Virus record (IMG/VR): IMGVR_UViG_3300045988_181536
Location: 96,001 to 160,000 of that record
Strand: one strand, 5' to 3'
DNA from: a virus
Length of the DNA: 64,000 nucleotides
Below the pieces are notes generated by a model. It made no database searches. It was given only the letters and a program-made list of their open reading frames with translations, and had not been told where the DNA came from. Of this stretch, positions 29,701 to 38,589 are shown one piece after another. Both the position numbers and the translations under genes were made by a program. Within the stretch, counting starts at the first letter, position 1, and each line of letters opens with the position of its first letter.

Positions 29701-30677
29701 AGTGGATATTCTCTTTAAGTCGTGCTGAGATTTGGAGTATATTGCAACGCTTTTTAGAATTAAACCCCCGAGTCACCGATGCGGTGTGTTATCATTTTCC
29801 GTTAAAATTTTGGAAAAATAATTTAGAATTTATTTCCGATATTGCTTTATTGTTGAATTTTATAGGTTTTCAAACCAAGCTTTCGTTGGAACAAGGCGAG
29901 GATGTTTTAGTGGCTTCGGCTGCTATCGAACCTAATGGGCCTTTGCAAAATATTTATTTTAGTGAAGTTGTTTCTTTGGAACATGTGAAAGAAGATATTG
30001 TGGCAATTGAATGTGAATCCCATGAATATATAGACACTTCAATGAATAGCCATAATTCGATTCCTTATGGTGCAAGTCCTTCTTTGCTGGAACGTAACAT
30101 TGAAATAGCTTCAGGTGAAAAACCTGAACCTGGTACGGGACAAAAACTTATTGACGCCTATATGAACACCAAACCGCAAGTTGCAGAATTTTTGGAATGG
30201 TGTAAGTCTCTGCCTGACGGACAAGGGTATTACCAATCGCCTTCGGGATTTAAAAGACATTTTAAAATACCGCCTTTGGATGCTCAAATGTCGGATGATC
30301 TTAGAGAAAGTATCATAAGTAAACTTCGTCGAGAAGCTTGCAATATAGGATTGCAATCTTTGGTTGCTGACTCTTTAGCAAGGGCCATACCTCCACTAAA
30401 TGCCAGTTTTAGAAAGATGAATATGAAGAGCAGAGTAGTAATTCCTTTGTATGACGCTATTTATATTTTATCTCCTTACAACGAAGTCGATTTGGCTGTA
30501 AGTATGTTGAAGTTTTTTATGTCTGAGAATAATTATTGGGACCTAAAAGGCGGTCGCTTGCGTTACAGTATTGATGTCGAAGTTACAAAACGGTGGGGTA
30601 CAGAACTTTCTGAAGAAGAACACAAAGAACTAACTGAAGGATTAAAAAACGCTTGCCAGACGTTCAAGCTTGCGTAG
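26718..30677 (+). CDS. family-A DNA polymerase with a 3'-5' exonuclease domain, interrupted by an intein in motif B
   Basis: Exo I 'VDCEW', Exo II 'VGHNGAADAQWM', Exo III 'YPYGCSDADV'. Pol motif A 'DADYATAEVWSIAY'. Motif B 'RDAAGKVANF|[intein]|SIPYGAS'. Motif C-like 'PLYDAIYIL'. The likely true start is ATG 26754 ('MDLPCPK'). Confidence 0.8.
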   Translation: MRESEINLPPVNMDLPCPKLADFCGDLSYKRCKDDLTPENDNVVFLNGVGRLNADIMFLTAAPLKEDVDARYSTPMHLKSGAGEMFRAICLQNGIDIDDCYFTSLIKYGIKQKNLKGCKKDIDYCLPLLLEEFQYCHPKIIVCVGTEACDFILNYKISVSKLEEAWFFSQEHNAHVFVISSIYNAYYKPELYDKLDKEIGMLADFYDHFLQGKPIEQIKCDYQCISTYSQLSNLLNQLKSEGYKLFGVDCEWGKQCFVDGYLRSIQFAWAPGKAAYINFNNEQAEWVFDASKESVCKLLQDFFNDPEVHFVGHNGAADAQWMSTHLGLNVYDGKFIFDTMFGIQTADEYADQKLEKLAAKYTDKGRYDIDLILWKKNNKGVSFDEDEGYGQVPLEILYPYGCSDADVTLRLYPIIKDMLIKDGTYDYFMNIKLPFVIDGFTSMSIAGVPFCTEDANKARIAYLAAGVVMQKLFMQMLKKEAYDLFYTEVSKIPQETPVANIAEIQKFFDDERSFEDIFNLLKKLYGRKALPLLPFAEHYYYVDAFNPNSAEHKKKWLFDVKKYTPIKTTKPEEGNAIPWERVLKMSPAKQKNYKPAVDKDTLKIFADKGDDLCLHLLQMNAINQITKNFLKGEEGGLQKFLTSDGRLHSNFVMTESSRPRSFKPNILNIPRYVTDYIDKGFTKVLKYFNITDKSDLSEFNEDNFNEIVNSLRETYGITENITIKDMVPAPLRWCFKAPEGYCFVDADYATAEVWSIAYLANDKKLISTLNDPDPQFAFKKMPDGSEKQVRIAYCDDIVEFTEDAKDPALLVDPNDPDLVRNNDGSLKHPKQDVHWVAVENKFMLNTPREKLNKKKTRDAAGKVANFCSGKENYVYTLEGYKKAKLIKQGDILKSISGFTKTLSVTALNERDCIKIRLSSGLVATYHKYHKLRCFNGTEMVWVRVKDIDPKRHKVVTFNPSFTEVIGTFNVPKDSYTDFYTELKCREGDNTYRLPEWIFSLSRAEIWSILQRFLELNPRVTDAVCYHFPLKFWKNNLEFISDIALLLNFIGFQTKLSLEQGEDVLVASAAIEPNGPLQNIYFSEVVSLEHVKEDIVAIECESHEYIDTSMNSHNSIPYGASPSLLERNIEIASGEKPEPGTGQKLIDAYMNTKPQVAEFLEWCKSLPDGQGYYQSPSGFKRHFKIPPLDAQMSDDLRESIISKLRREACNIGLQSLVADSLARAIPPLNASFRKMNMKSRVVIPLYDAIYILSPYNEVDLAVSMLKFFMSENNYWDLKGGRLRYSIDVEVTKRWGTELSEEEHKELTEGLKNACQTFKLA
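29316..30056 (+). mobile_element. intein (~247 aa) in DNA polymerase motif B
   Basis: Begins 'CSGKENYVY' directly after 'ANF'. Block B 'ATYH'. Ends '...ECESHEYIDTSMNSHN' followed by +1 Ser ('SIPYGAS'), which restores the motif-B consensus NF-xxPYG-xS. Confidence 0.7.
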
Positions 30678-30717
30678 CGTTGGCAGGTATACAAACACAA
30701 GAATATACACATAAAAT

Positions 30718-32268
30718 ATGGCTTATTTGAATCTATCACAATCATCTATGAATAATACAAAACAAAATTCAGTTTTATCTTCGTTTTTTCGGAATAATAT
30801 TCCGTGGGTTAGGCTAGCTCCTCCTCGTGAAAACGAACCGAATATGGTTGTCCGAATACTTCCGGGCATGGATTTTTCATTTCAGAATAACACAGAAGCT
30901 CTACTAAGTTCTACAGAACCTTTTAAAACAGCATCCGGACAATATACATCTTGGGCGCAGTTTGTAAAAGGTTATATGTTTTTTGGCAGTTTTAAGATGC
31001 ATTTGTTATCGCCTGATACTTTGGATATGACTTCACATACGTATCCAAGAAGAGGCGCAGATGCATTTTGCGATTTAAGGAGTTTTATCTTCTTTAACAC
31101 AGGAAAATATGCGACAACAAATCCTCTTACAGGACAGCCTACAATTACACCTGAAGAGGAAGAACTGATTAAGTATAGACCATATTCGCCTAATAATACT
31201 GCTGCAAATTTTGAATCGGTTAAGCTACCGAGCAAACCTCGTACATTTGTTTTGTCGAATGTTTTGCATCGCAATCCTCAAACTGAACAAATGGAGCAGA
31301 AGATAGGCGTATATAGTGAGCAAATGTTCCAGACGCTTGTGCAAATTGTAAAACAGCAAATTGCTGCCAATTCCGGTTTGTCTTCAGTGTCGGCAAATTA
31401 TCCTGAACTGTTGTTCGGAGACGTAACTGATCAGGAAACGGGATGTTTGCTTGAAGTGAGGTATTGTCATAATACTTTAACAAACAATAGAATACTCACT
31501 CTTACTCCTTCGAAAGATCCAAATAATGAAACACGTTTGGGCTATTCACAATATCCCGTTTCGGATGATATTTTGAAGAAAAGGTATATATTGTGTGATC
31601 CTGAAAATGTTTTAGAGATCTGGACTTATCAACAGCAGCTCGATTTGCTGTGTAAGGATCCTATGTTCCCGATCGACTTGTTGAAAAAGGCTAAGGATAA
31701 TGGAGTCTTTAAAGACGCAGAATTGCATTTGGAATTGCGCGAAGAAGGTTTGGAAATGCTGGCAAGGCGTGAATCGTTTAAGCGAAATGCTGCTGAAGGC
31801 ATTTATACGCCGCAACCTGGCGTTGCCAAAGCTGCTATAGGAAATCGCCCAATTCCAACAATACAAAAACCTGTGATTCCGATTCCAGCAACAGATAAAG
31901 CTGCAGCAAATCTTCCTCCAGTGAATGTTGAAGCTTTGCATACAGCTTCTATATCTGCCAAACCCGTAACGGAACTAGATTTAATTGTAGAAGATTATCA
32001 TGAGGATGCACAAAATAGTGCACCGGTTGTTGAAGAGGTTAAACCTGCGGAAACTGTCAAACGCTCAGTTCAGGGGGAGCCTTATACTCCAACATCAAAT
32101 ACAGATATTCCGGAGGATAATGCGACATTAAGTCGTGCTAAAGCTTCACTATCTGCAGAAGATTATGAAAAGTTTCGTACATTGCATATGGCAATGATAA
32201 CGAATCCTCAAAAAATGACTCCTCAAACAATGATGGAGTATTTTCAACTTAACGCTAAAATACATTAA
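30718..32268 (+). CDS. hypothetical protein (between polymerase and recombinase; an ssDNA-binding role is possible but unsupported)
   Basis: ORF only. Confidence 0.3.
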   Translation: MAYLNLSQSSMNNTKQNSVLSSFFRNNIPWVRLAPPRENEPNMVVRILPGMDFSFQNNTEALLSSTEPFKTASGQYTSWAQFVKGYMFFGSFKMHLLSPDTLDMTSHTYPRRGADAFCDLRSFIFFNTGKYATTNPLTGQPTITPEEEELIKYRPYSPNNTAANFESVKLPSKPRTFVLSNVLHRNPQTEQMEQKIGVYSEQMFQTLVQIVKQQIAANSGLSSVSANYPELLFGDVTDQETGCLLEVRYCHNTLTNNRILTLTPSKDPNNETRLGYSQYPVSDDILKKRYILCDPENVLEIWTYQQQLDLLCKDPMFPIDLLKKAKDNGVFKDAELHLELREEGLEMLARRESFKRNAAEGIYTPQPGVAKAAIGNRPIPTIQKPVIPIPATDKAAANLPPVNVEALHTASISAKPVTELDLIVEDYHEDAQNSAPVVEEVKPAETVKRSVQGEPYTPTSNTDIPEDNATLSRAKASLSAEDYEKFRTLHMAMITNPQKMTPQTMMEYFQLNAKIH

Positions 32269-32274
32269 TTTTAA

Positions 32275-33771
32275 ATGCCTAGAATTAAAAAAGATCAATC
32301 AACAGCGGAGGTTAAACCCTCCGCTGTTGTAAGAGATGTTTTAGACGACTCTGGTATTTCTTTAAGGGCCATGGGCACAACCAAGAAAGCCAGTTTAGCC
32401 GGTTTAAGTTTGAGCCAGTTTTTAGAAGAAGAAGCTGTGCCTGCTTTGCCGTTTGAATCGCCTTTGTTACAATATACGTTTGCAAGTACAGGTATCAATA
32501 CGGGTACTGCATTGGAAATTATTGGAGAAGATGGTATTGGTAAAACCACTATGGCTTTGTCTTTAGTTGGTATGGGATTGAGAAATCATCCGTATGCAGT
32601 TGCTTTATATTTAAATTCAGAGGGTAAAAATAAATTATTTAGCGAAGATCGCATTGCTTCTTGTTTAAGTCTTAATAAGCAGGAAGCAAAAGATATGATT
32701 GCTAATCGCGTGCGTTGGAGTGAAGTTGCGACGTTAAATCATGCATTGGAATCCATTCTGAATTTTGGGCGTGTAGTACGAGAAAATCTAGATAAACGAG
32801 GAATTAGCAGAAACGATTCCCCAATTTTTGTGGTTTTGGATACCTTGTCTAAATTGATGCCGAAAAACGAAGCGGCGTTGCTTGGTTTAGGGGACAAATC
32901 CAGTAATCCTGCAATTAATTCTTTGGAAGATACCTCAAATCTTGAATTTGCCAGAACATTGCAGCGTTGGTCAAGGGCTATGGCTTATAGCCTTGAGGAG
33001 TATGGTATTTGTTTAATTTTGGTGTCCCATCAAAATACTAAAATTGAGATGAATACTTTTGCTGCAAGATTTTTATCTCAGGCTGCCTTGAAAGAAGATA
33101 ACCGAACAAAAATCGGAGGAAATGCTTTAAATCAAAGTGTAACTTTGCAGTTTACCTTAACTAAGGGAAAAATTTTAACGAGGGAAACTTCGACAAGTAA
33201 AACTCCCATAGGTCAAATTGTGAAGTTAAAGGTGGTAAAAAATTCCCTCTCGATTCCGCATCGCGATTGTCTGTATGTATTAAATATAGATCATAGTTTT
33301 GATACGGAGGAAGAATGGGATCAGCCGTTAAAGTTTGATTACGGCTTGCCGGAAATGTTTATTAAAGAACGCTTGTATGGACTAAAAGTAGCTTCAGTTC
33401 AAAAAGATACATTTACGTCTAAAGCTTTGAATATAGATAATGCTCCTCGGCAGGATGTAATATCAGTACTTAAACCTTTAATATCTGATGTTTTAGATGA
33501 GTTAAATATACGCGGGCATGATCGTATACAAGACATACAAGATGTGGATATCGAGGGAGATCAGGTGTTGGAGGGTGATGAATCTGAAGTAAATACTCCT
33601 GAGGGTTCTCAAGAAACTGAAGAAACATTTGATGATATTTCAGATGCAATAGGACCTTCTTTTGATGAAGAACCTGCGGAAGAGATTACATTAAATGCGG
33701 AAGTTACTCCGAAAAAACGAGGTCGAAAACCTAAAGTAAAAAAAGATAAGGATGACGAAAGGGATCTCTAA
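32275..33771 (+). CDS. RecA/UvsX-family recombinase with an acidic C-terminal tail ending in a basic 'KKRGRKPKVKK' patch
   Basis: Walker A 'EIIGEDGIGKTTMALSL' (RecA: EIYGPESSGKTTLTL). 'FVVLDTLSKLMPKNE' (RecA: IVVDSVAALTPKAE). Confidence 0.65.
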   Translation: MPRIKKDQSTAEVKPSAVVRDVLDDSGISLRAMGTTKKASLAGLSLSQFLEEEAVPALPFESPLLQYTFASTGINTGTALEIIGEDGIGKTTMALSLVGMGLRNHPYAVALYLNSEGKNKLFSEDRIASCLSLNKQEAKDMIANRVRWSEVATLNHALESILNFGRVVRENLDKRGISRNDSPIFVVLDTLSKLMPKNEAALLGLGDKSSNPAINSLEDTSNLEFARTLQRWSRAMAYSLEEYGICLILVSHQNTKIEMNTFAARFLSQAALKEDNRTKIGGNALNQSVTLQFTLTKGKILTRETSTSKTPIGQIVKLKVVKNSLSIPHRDCLYVLNIDHSFDTEEEWDQPLKFDYGLPEMFIKERLYGLKVASVQKDTFTSKALNIDNAPRQDVISVLKPLISDVLDELNIRGHDRIQDIQDVDIEGDQVLEGDESEVNTPEGSQETEETFDDISDAIGPSFDEEPAEEITLNAEVTPKKRGRKPKVKKDKDDERDL

Positions 33772-34267
33772 CTTTTTATTGTATTCCGATCATAATTATC
33801 TTCAATCGTTAAAAAAATTAACTGGCGTTAGGCTTCCTCCTGAGATTCAAACAATGGAGGAAGCTTTATTTTATCACGTAAGTCAGGTAGGTGACCTAAA
33901 TTTGCCTTTAGATGAAGATAATTTAATTGTTGTTTATGAGAGTATTAATCCTGTTTTGGCATTTGTTAATTCTGCAGTTACGGGTAAGTTAAATACTAAA
34001 ATGTTTAATTTATTGGACTCTATTTCAACAGATCCAAACATGATTATGGTTTTGGCGGATACAAGCTTTATGCCACCAAATAATCTTTTTGTATATTCTC
34101 CTAGCACCAAACTCAGGAAACATGTTACGTCTAATACGGACGCTGCTGTATTCACAATGACTTCTGCAGATTATACTTTGGAAAAATATAATTCCAAAGA
34201 AGATCTGGAATTTATCCCTGAATGCAGGCAGTTGATTTCTTTGAAATCCTTTTTAATACAACTTTAA
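33752..34267 (+). CDS. hypothetical protein
   Basis: ORF only. Confidence 0.3.
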   Translation: MTKGISNFLLYSDHNYLQSLKKLTGVRLPPEIQTMEEALFYHVSQVGDLNLPLDEDNLIVVYESINPVLAFVNSAVTGKLNTKMFNLLDSISTDPNMIMVLADTSFMPPNNLFVYSPSTKLRKHVTSNTDAAVFTMTSADYTLEKYNSKEDLEFIPECRQLISLKSFLIQL

Positions 34268-34338
34268 AGAATGTTGCTTAACTTACTGAAATTTACAAGT
34301 AAAGTTTAGTTTATAATCACTAACTTTTAATAAACTAT

Positions 34339-34653
34339 ATGCTTCGTATTTGTCCATGTGATGGCATAATCATAATGGATAAGGCTTTATTAGAGTTAGT
34401 GAAACAAAAAAAGCTTACTTATCATAAGGCATTGACGGACGAAAAATATAGGAAATATGTCTATTGGTATGAGGTATATTCTCTATCAACAGATGAAGAT
34501 AGCCAATCAGACTGTGCTCGAGAATCGAGATTTGACAATTTAAAATCAAAATTTGCTCGACGAAAGCTGTCACGGTTATATCAAGCTATAGAATTTCGAC
34601 GACGAACGCGCAAACCTTGTGATCAAAATAAATCTTCAAAGCGTACATCATAA
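34339..34653 (+). CDS. hypothetical basic protein; its 3' end overlaps the first tandem-repeat copy
   Basis: ORF only. Confidence 0.3.
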   Translation: MLRICPCDGIIIMDKALLELVKQKKLTYHKALTDEKYRKYVYWYEVYSLSTDEDSQSDCARESRFDNLKSKFARRKLSRLYQAIEFRRRTRKPCDQNKSSKRTS

Positions 34654-34865
34654 TCGGCACAAGACAAATACCACCTATCTCTTCAGGTAGGTGCCCTCAC
34701 TAAAAAACCAGAACTTGACATTCTTGGACATCGGGAGGCCACGCCACTAATAACGTACATCATAATCGGCACAAGACAAATACCACCTATCTCTTCAGGT
34801 AGATGCCCTCACTAAAAAACCAGAACTTGACATTCTTGGACATCGGGAGGCCACGCCACTAATAA
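34642..34865 (+). repeat. perfect tandem duplication, 2 x 112 bp (one mismatch: ggtaggtg versus ggtagatg)
   Basis: Unit 'cgtacatcataatcggcacaagacaaataccacctatctcttcaggtaggtgccctcactaaaaaaccagaacttgacattcttggacatcgggaggccacgccactaataa' at 34642-34753 and 34754-34865. It contains a hairpin 'cacctat...taggtg' and a TTGACA hexamer. Confidence 0.9.
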
Positions 34866-34892
34866 CGAAAGGTTTATATACAGCAAAAATAC

Positions 34893-36668
34893 ATGAATGA
34901 AACTATAACTGAAACACATAAAACCTTATCGAATCCGCCACCTTCGACAAATGGTAAAACTTCGATTTTTGAGAAGAGACGAATCTTGGCATCTCTAGAT
35001 AAAACGCATCGCGATTTTAATACCTATATGCGTAATCTGCAGAAGGTATTGGAGGTGTTTGAGTATCCTTCGTTAAGGCCTAATCAAGTTGAACCTGTAA
35101 TCCATTTGTTAAAAGGTCAAGATTTGCTGCTTGTATCTAGTACATCTTCTGGCAAATCTTTTTGCTATATTGCCCCATCCTTAGCGATGGGGTATAAAAC
35201 CATAGTGTTTTTTCCTTTGGTAGCGTTAATTCAAGACCAATGGAAAGAGTTGATGCAGAGAGGAGTGCGTGTAGGCGTAGTATCTTCGGGAGTATCATTA
35301 ACAGAAGCGAATAAAGCCATGGCCGAATGGGAGCAGGGTGCTTTGGACTTTTTGTTTGTGGCTCCGGAAAGATTGCAAAATAAAAAATTTTTAGAGCTAA
35401 TGGATAGAGTTCCCCCTGATTTTGTTGTGGTGGATGAAATTCATTGCGCTTATGAGCAGGCTACCTCGTTTCGATCTTCGTATAAAAAGATAGCGCCATT
35501 TGTGGAGCGGGTTTGTCCAAAACTTTTTCTTGGTCAAACAGCTACGATGTCGGATGATGTAGAAAAGGCTGTTAGAGAAATTTATAATCTAAAGGACACA
35601 CCTAAGTTAGTTAAGTCTTATCCAAGACCGAATTTGCATTTTCGTTCAATAAAAATTGAATCGGACAAGGCTGATGATTGGGTATTTCGGGAACTTAATA
35701 AATCTCCATTGGTTCCTAGTATCGTTTATTGTTCTACAGTTAATATGGTATCCGATCTTTACAGGATTTATGGTCCTGCAATTGTTGGGGGTTCCATGAT
35801 GTACACAGGACAAATGTCTCCATCCCAACGTAAAGCCAATCAAACGAATTTTCTTAACGGTAATATTCGTGTGGCTTTTGCTACCAATGCTTTTGGAATG
35901 GGCATTAACAAACCTGATATTGGCAGAATTATTTTACGCTCGTTTCCAGGAAGCCTGGAGGAATTAATTCAAGAGTTTGGAAGAGGAGGTCGCAACGGTT
36001 GTGACTGTGATTGTGTTTTGTTGGCGGATTATCGTACATTAAATACGCAAAACTTTTTTATCGATACAGCATTTCCTGACATTCGTTATTACTATAAATT
36101 TTTTGACGCTTTAAAACAATTTCAAAATCCCAGTACGCACATGGTTACTGCTACATTAAAAGAGTTGGCAGACAAGATTGGTATTCATCCTATGTGTATT
36201 GGGGGCATCAGTGAGGCGTTGAAAGGTTTTAAGATAATTGATCGCGCTGAACCTACTACAGAGACTCGAATTAGATTTCTTGATTGTCCTGACGATACGT
36301 CTTCGGGTGTAGGTAAAAAATTTGCATTGTATAAAGAGAAAATTGATTTAATAGGTATTGATAATACTGATCTTTCTTGCTTTGAAGTTGATTTAGAATA
36401 TCTTGCAGAAGAAGTTGGAGCATCTAATGTAAATACGATTAAAACTAATTTAACTAAATTTCAAAATTTAGGCTGGATAGATGTAAAAATGCCTTCTCGT
36501 AGTCAACCAATTAAGATTATTGGAGATATGTCATTATTTAGTGAAGAAAAAATTAAGCAAGAGCGTGAAAAAAAGAAATTAAAGCTTGAAGAGGTAAAAA
36601 ATTTTGTTGATATTCCTGATCCATATAAGGCAGAGTATCTAGATAAATACTTTGAAACACATAGCTAA
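34893..36668 (+). CDS. RecQ-family DNA helicase
   Basis: 'SGKSFCYIAPSL' (RecQ GKSLCYQ[IL]PAL), 'FFPLVALIQDQ', 'FLFVAPERL' (RecQ LLYVAPERL), DExH 'VVVDEIHCAYEQATSFRSSY', 'FATNAFGMGINKPDI'. Confidence 0.8.
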   Translation: MNETITETHKTLSNPPPSTNGKTSIFEKRRILASLDKTHRDFNTYMRNLQKVLEVFEYPSLRPNQVEPVIHLLKGQDLLLVSSTSSGKSFCYIAPSLAMGYKTIVFFPLVALIQDQWKELMQRGVRVGVVSSGVSLTEANKAMAEWEQGALDFLFVAPERLQNKKFLELMDRVPPDFVVVDEIHCAYEQATSFRSSYKKIAPFVERVCPKLFLGQTATMSDDVEKAVREIYNLKDTPKLVKSYPRPNLHFRSIKIESDKADDWVFRELNKSPLVPSIVYCSTVNMVSDLYRIYGPAIVGGSMMYTGQMSPSQRKANQTNFLNGNIRVAFATNAFGMGINKPDIGRIILRSFPGSLEELIQEFGRGGRNGCDCDCVLLADYRTLNTQNFFIDTAFPDIRYYYKFFDALKQFQNPSTHMVTATLKELADKIGIHPMCIGGISEALKGFKIIDRAEPTTETRIRFLDCPDDTSSGVGKKFALYKEKIDLIGIDNTDLSCFEVDLEYLAEEVGASNVNTIKTNLTKFQNLGWIDVKMPSRSQPIKIIGDMSLFSEEKIKQEREKKKLKLEEVKNFVDIPDPYKAEYLDKYFETHS

Positions 36669-36670
36669 AA

Positions 36671-37189
36671 ATGGAAAATATCGAACAAGATAAACTTTTG
36701 GGAGCTTTAAATAAGGCTTCTGAAGGTTTACAAAATCTAATTTCAAGCGTTAAGACGCAAGACGAAGCGGTTAAGTTATTTGGCGCTGAGAACGTTCAAG
36801 AAGGCTCATATCAGTGCAAAGTTTGCGGAAAATTGGTAAGTTATTCAAAATTAATTATTTTTGATACCCCAGTAGTCAAAGGAGTCACAGCTTATATTTG
36901 TCCTGATTGTTGGAAACTTGTAAATGAAAATAAATTATGGAAGTTAGTTTGTGTAGGGTGTAAAGAATTTAAACAGGCCATGGAGCCTGGAATTAACCCT
37001 AAGAACGGTTTTGAATTTAAACCTGGAAAATGTTATCATCTGTTACAATGTCCATCTTGTCACCCTGAACATTTTGACTTGACCAATAAAAAGCAAGGTG
37101 AGGTAATTGCACTGCCTTTAATTGAAGAGATATTATACGATCAAAAGCTAAAAGAAAGATTTGCTAAACCCTTTAATCCTGAAAAATAA
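36671..37189 (+). CDS. zinc-ribbon protein (four CxxC pairs)
   Basis: 'CKVCGK...CPDCWK...CVGCKEF...CPSCHP'. Confidence 0.4.
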   Translation: MENIEQDKLLGALNKASEGLQNLISSVKTQDEAVKLFGAENVQEGSYQCKVCGKLVSYSKLIIFDTPVVKGVTAYICPDCWKLVNENKLWKLVCVGCKEFKQAMEPGINPKNGFEFKPGKCYHLLQCPSCHPEHFDLTNKKQGEVIALPLIEEILYDQKLKERFAKPFNPEK

Positions 37190-37191
37190 TA

Positions 37192-37668
37192 ATGAAAAAA
37201 GAAACTAAAGAATCTAAAAAAGACACAACACTTCGCGACATATATAAAATGTACAACAGCGATAAGAGAAAGTTCATAGATACGATTATAAATAGCGGAG
37301 AACAATGCATTCTTCGTGCAGGAAGTTTGACTGTTCCAGTTTACATGGAAGAGTACATAGAAGAGGAATCTCCAGACGAAAAGTTTTACTTCTTCACAGT
37401 TACGCCAGAAGTACTAGAGGAAGATATTGTAGATCTGAAAATTTTTAACGAGTTTATCAGTGATATGTTATTTTCTGTATCGGATTTTAGCGTATCTGTT
37501 AATTCTGAAAATTTAATTGAAATTGTTTTGGATCCTAAACATTGGAAAGAGTTGTTAACTGAACTAATTGAGGACGTTAGGGAACGTCAGATATTATATG
37601 CGAATGTTTGCGAATTGACACTTAATCCTTTTCGCCAATTTAATTTTAATACGATAGAAGTAGAGTAA
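37192..37668 (+). CDS. hypothetical acidic protein
   Basis: ORF only. Confidence 0.3.
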   Translation: MKKETKESKKDTTLRDIYKMYNSDKRKFIDTIINSGEQCILRAGSLTVPVYMEEYIEEESPDEKFYFFTVTPEVLEEDIVDLKIFNEFISDMLFSVSDFSVSVNSENLIEIVLDPKHWKELLTELIEDVRERQILYANVCELTLNPFRQFNFNTIEVE

Positions 37669-37686
37669 AACACTAAAGGAGTCTAC

Positions 37687-38478
37687 ATGAACGAAATAAA
37701 TCAAGAATATAATAGTCAAATAGATAAGCGTTTAAGTGGTATAGATACAATGCCTTGTTATACGAATTTTAAAAGCAAGGAGGTAACAATTGTTCGCTTA
37801 GGACATCCCATAGGGATAACAGAGATGTTGGAGAATAAGAATGGTTCTGTCTTTGGAGGAGCTGTTTATATTCCAAAGGTACTTCGTCGAATTGGTATTC
37901 CCATTGTTGTTAGAACAAATGACAATAGTACCCTGGAAGTCACAGTGCCTGCTACAGATGAACTTTGGGATGCGATTGTGGAAACTCAGTTATTTATGGC
38001 TACTAATCCTATGAGGGTTAAGTTTGATGTTAACGGCATTGCTTATGATATTGTTGTGGATAAAGTTGTGCACAATATGGATAGTCCTGAATATCGTGGT
38101 TATGCCAATATTAAATGGCCAGAAGATCAAGAAGATCCAGATATTCTACGTACTCAACGTGTTTTGTCAAAAGATTTTGGATCTTATAAGACACTGATGG
38201 AATATGTGCACAAAGATTCTTCACTTACTGCAGATATCGGAAATGTGAAGGATTCAGCAACAAGAGATCTTGTGATTCTTTCCTTTGATGGTGACAAAAA
38301 AGATTTTTCGATTGAGTTCCGTGATTCTTCGGTAAGTGTTTACGATGCTGAAGCTATTAGGGCTAAATTGTCGTCACTCTCTAAAAAGACACCAATCAAA
38401 ACGATGGATTATATAAAAGATCCTAAAGCTATTGTGTCCGATATTCGTAAGGGAATGTATTATGTGAAAAAGCTTTAA
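37687..38478 (+). CDS. hypothetical protein
   Basis: ORF preceded by the SD-like 'aaggag'. Confidence 0.35.
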   Translation: MNEINQEYNSQIDKRLSGIDTMPCYTNFKSKEVTIVRLGHPIGITEMLENKNGSVFGGAVYIPKVLRRIGIPIVVRTNDNSTLEVTVPATDELWDAIVETQLFMATNPMRVKFDVNGIAYDIVVDKVVHNMDSPEYRGYANIKWPEDQEDPDILRTQRVLSKDFGSYKTLMEYVHKDSSLTADIGNVKDSATRDLVILSFDGDKKDFSIEFRDSSVSVYDAEAIRAKLSSLSKKTPIKTMDYIKDPKAIVSDIRKGMYYVKKL

Positions 38479-38535
38479 AAGTTTAAAATGCTTTAGTTAA
38501 TAATTTAAGGGCGCCAATTAAGACGCCCTTAAATT

Positions 38536-38583
38536 ATGTTTGCATTTCAATAGAAAATTTGCCTTAATGTTTGCAGTTCAATA
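38536..38583 (+). promoter_or_regulatory. two 17-bp direct repeats 'atgtttgca(t/g)ttcaata' 31 bp apart, immediately upstream of the RNA polymerase beta fragment gene
   Basis: 38536-38552 and 38567-38583 differ at one base. A hairpin 'aagggcg...cgccctt' lies just upstream at ~38508-38530. Confidence 0.35.
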
Positions 38584-38589
38584 ATTATT

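Noticed and set aside
34642-34865. CRISPR array interpretation of the 112-bp tandem repeat and of the 23-bp repeat at 60413-60458
   Set aside because: The units are directly adjacent with no spacers and the unit lengths are wrong (112 bp; 23 bp x2). No cas genes are present. These are tandem duplications, not CRISPR.
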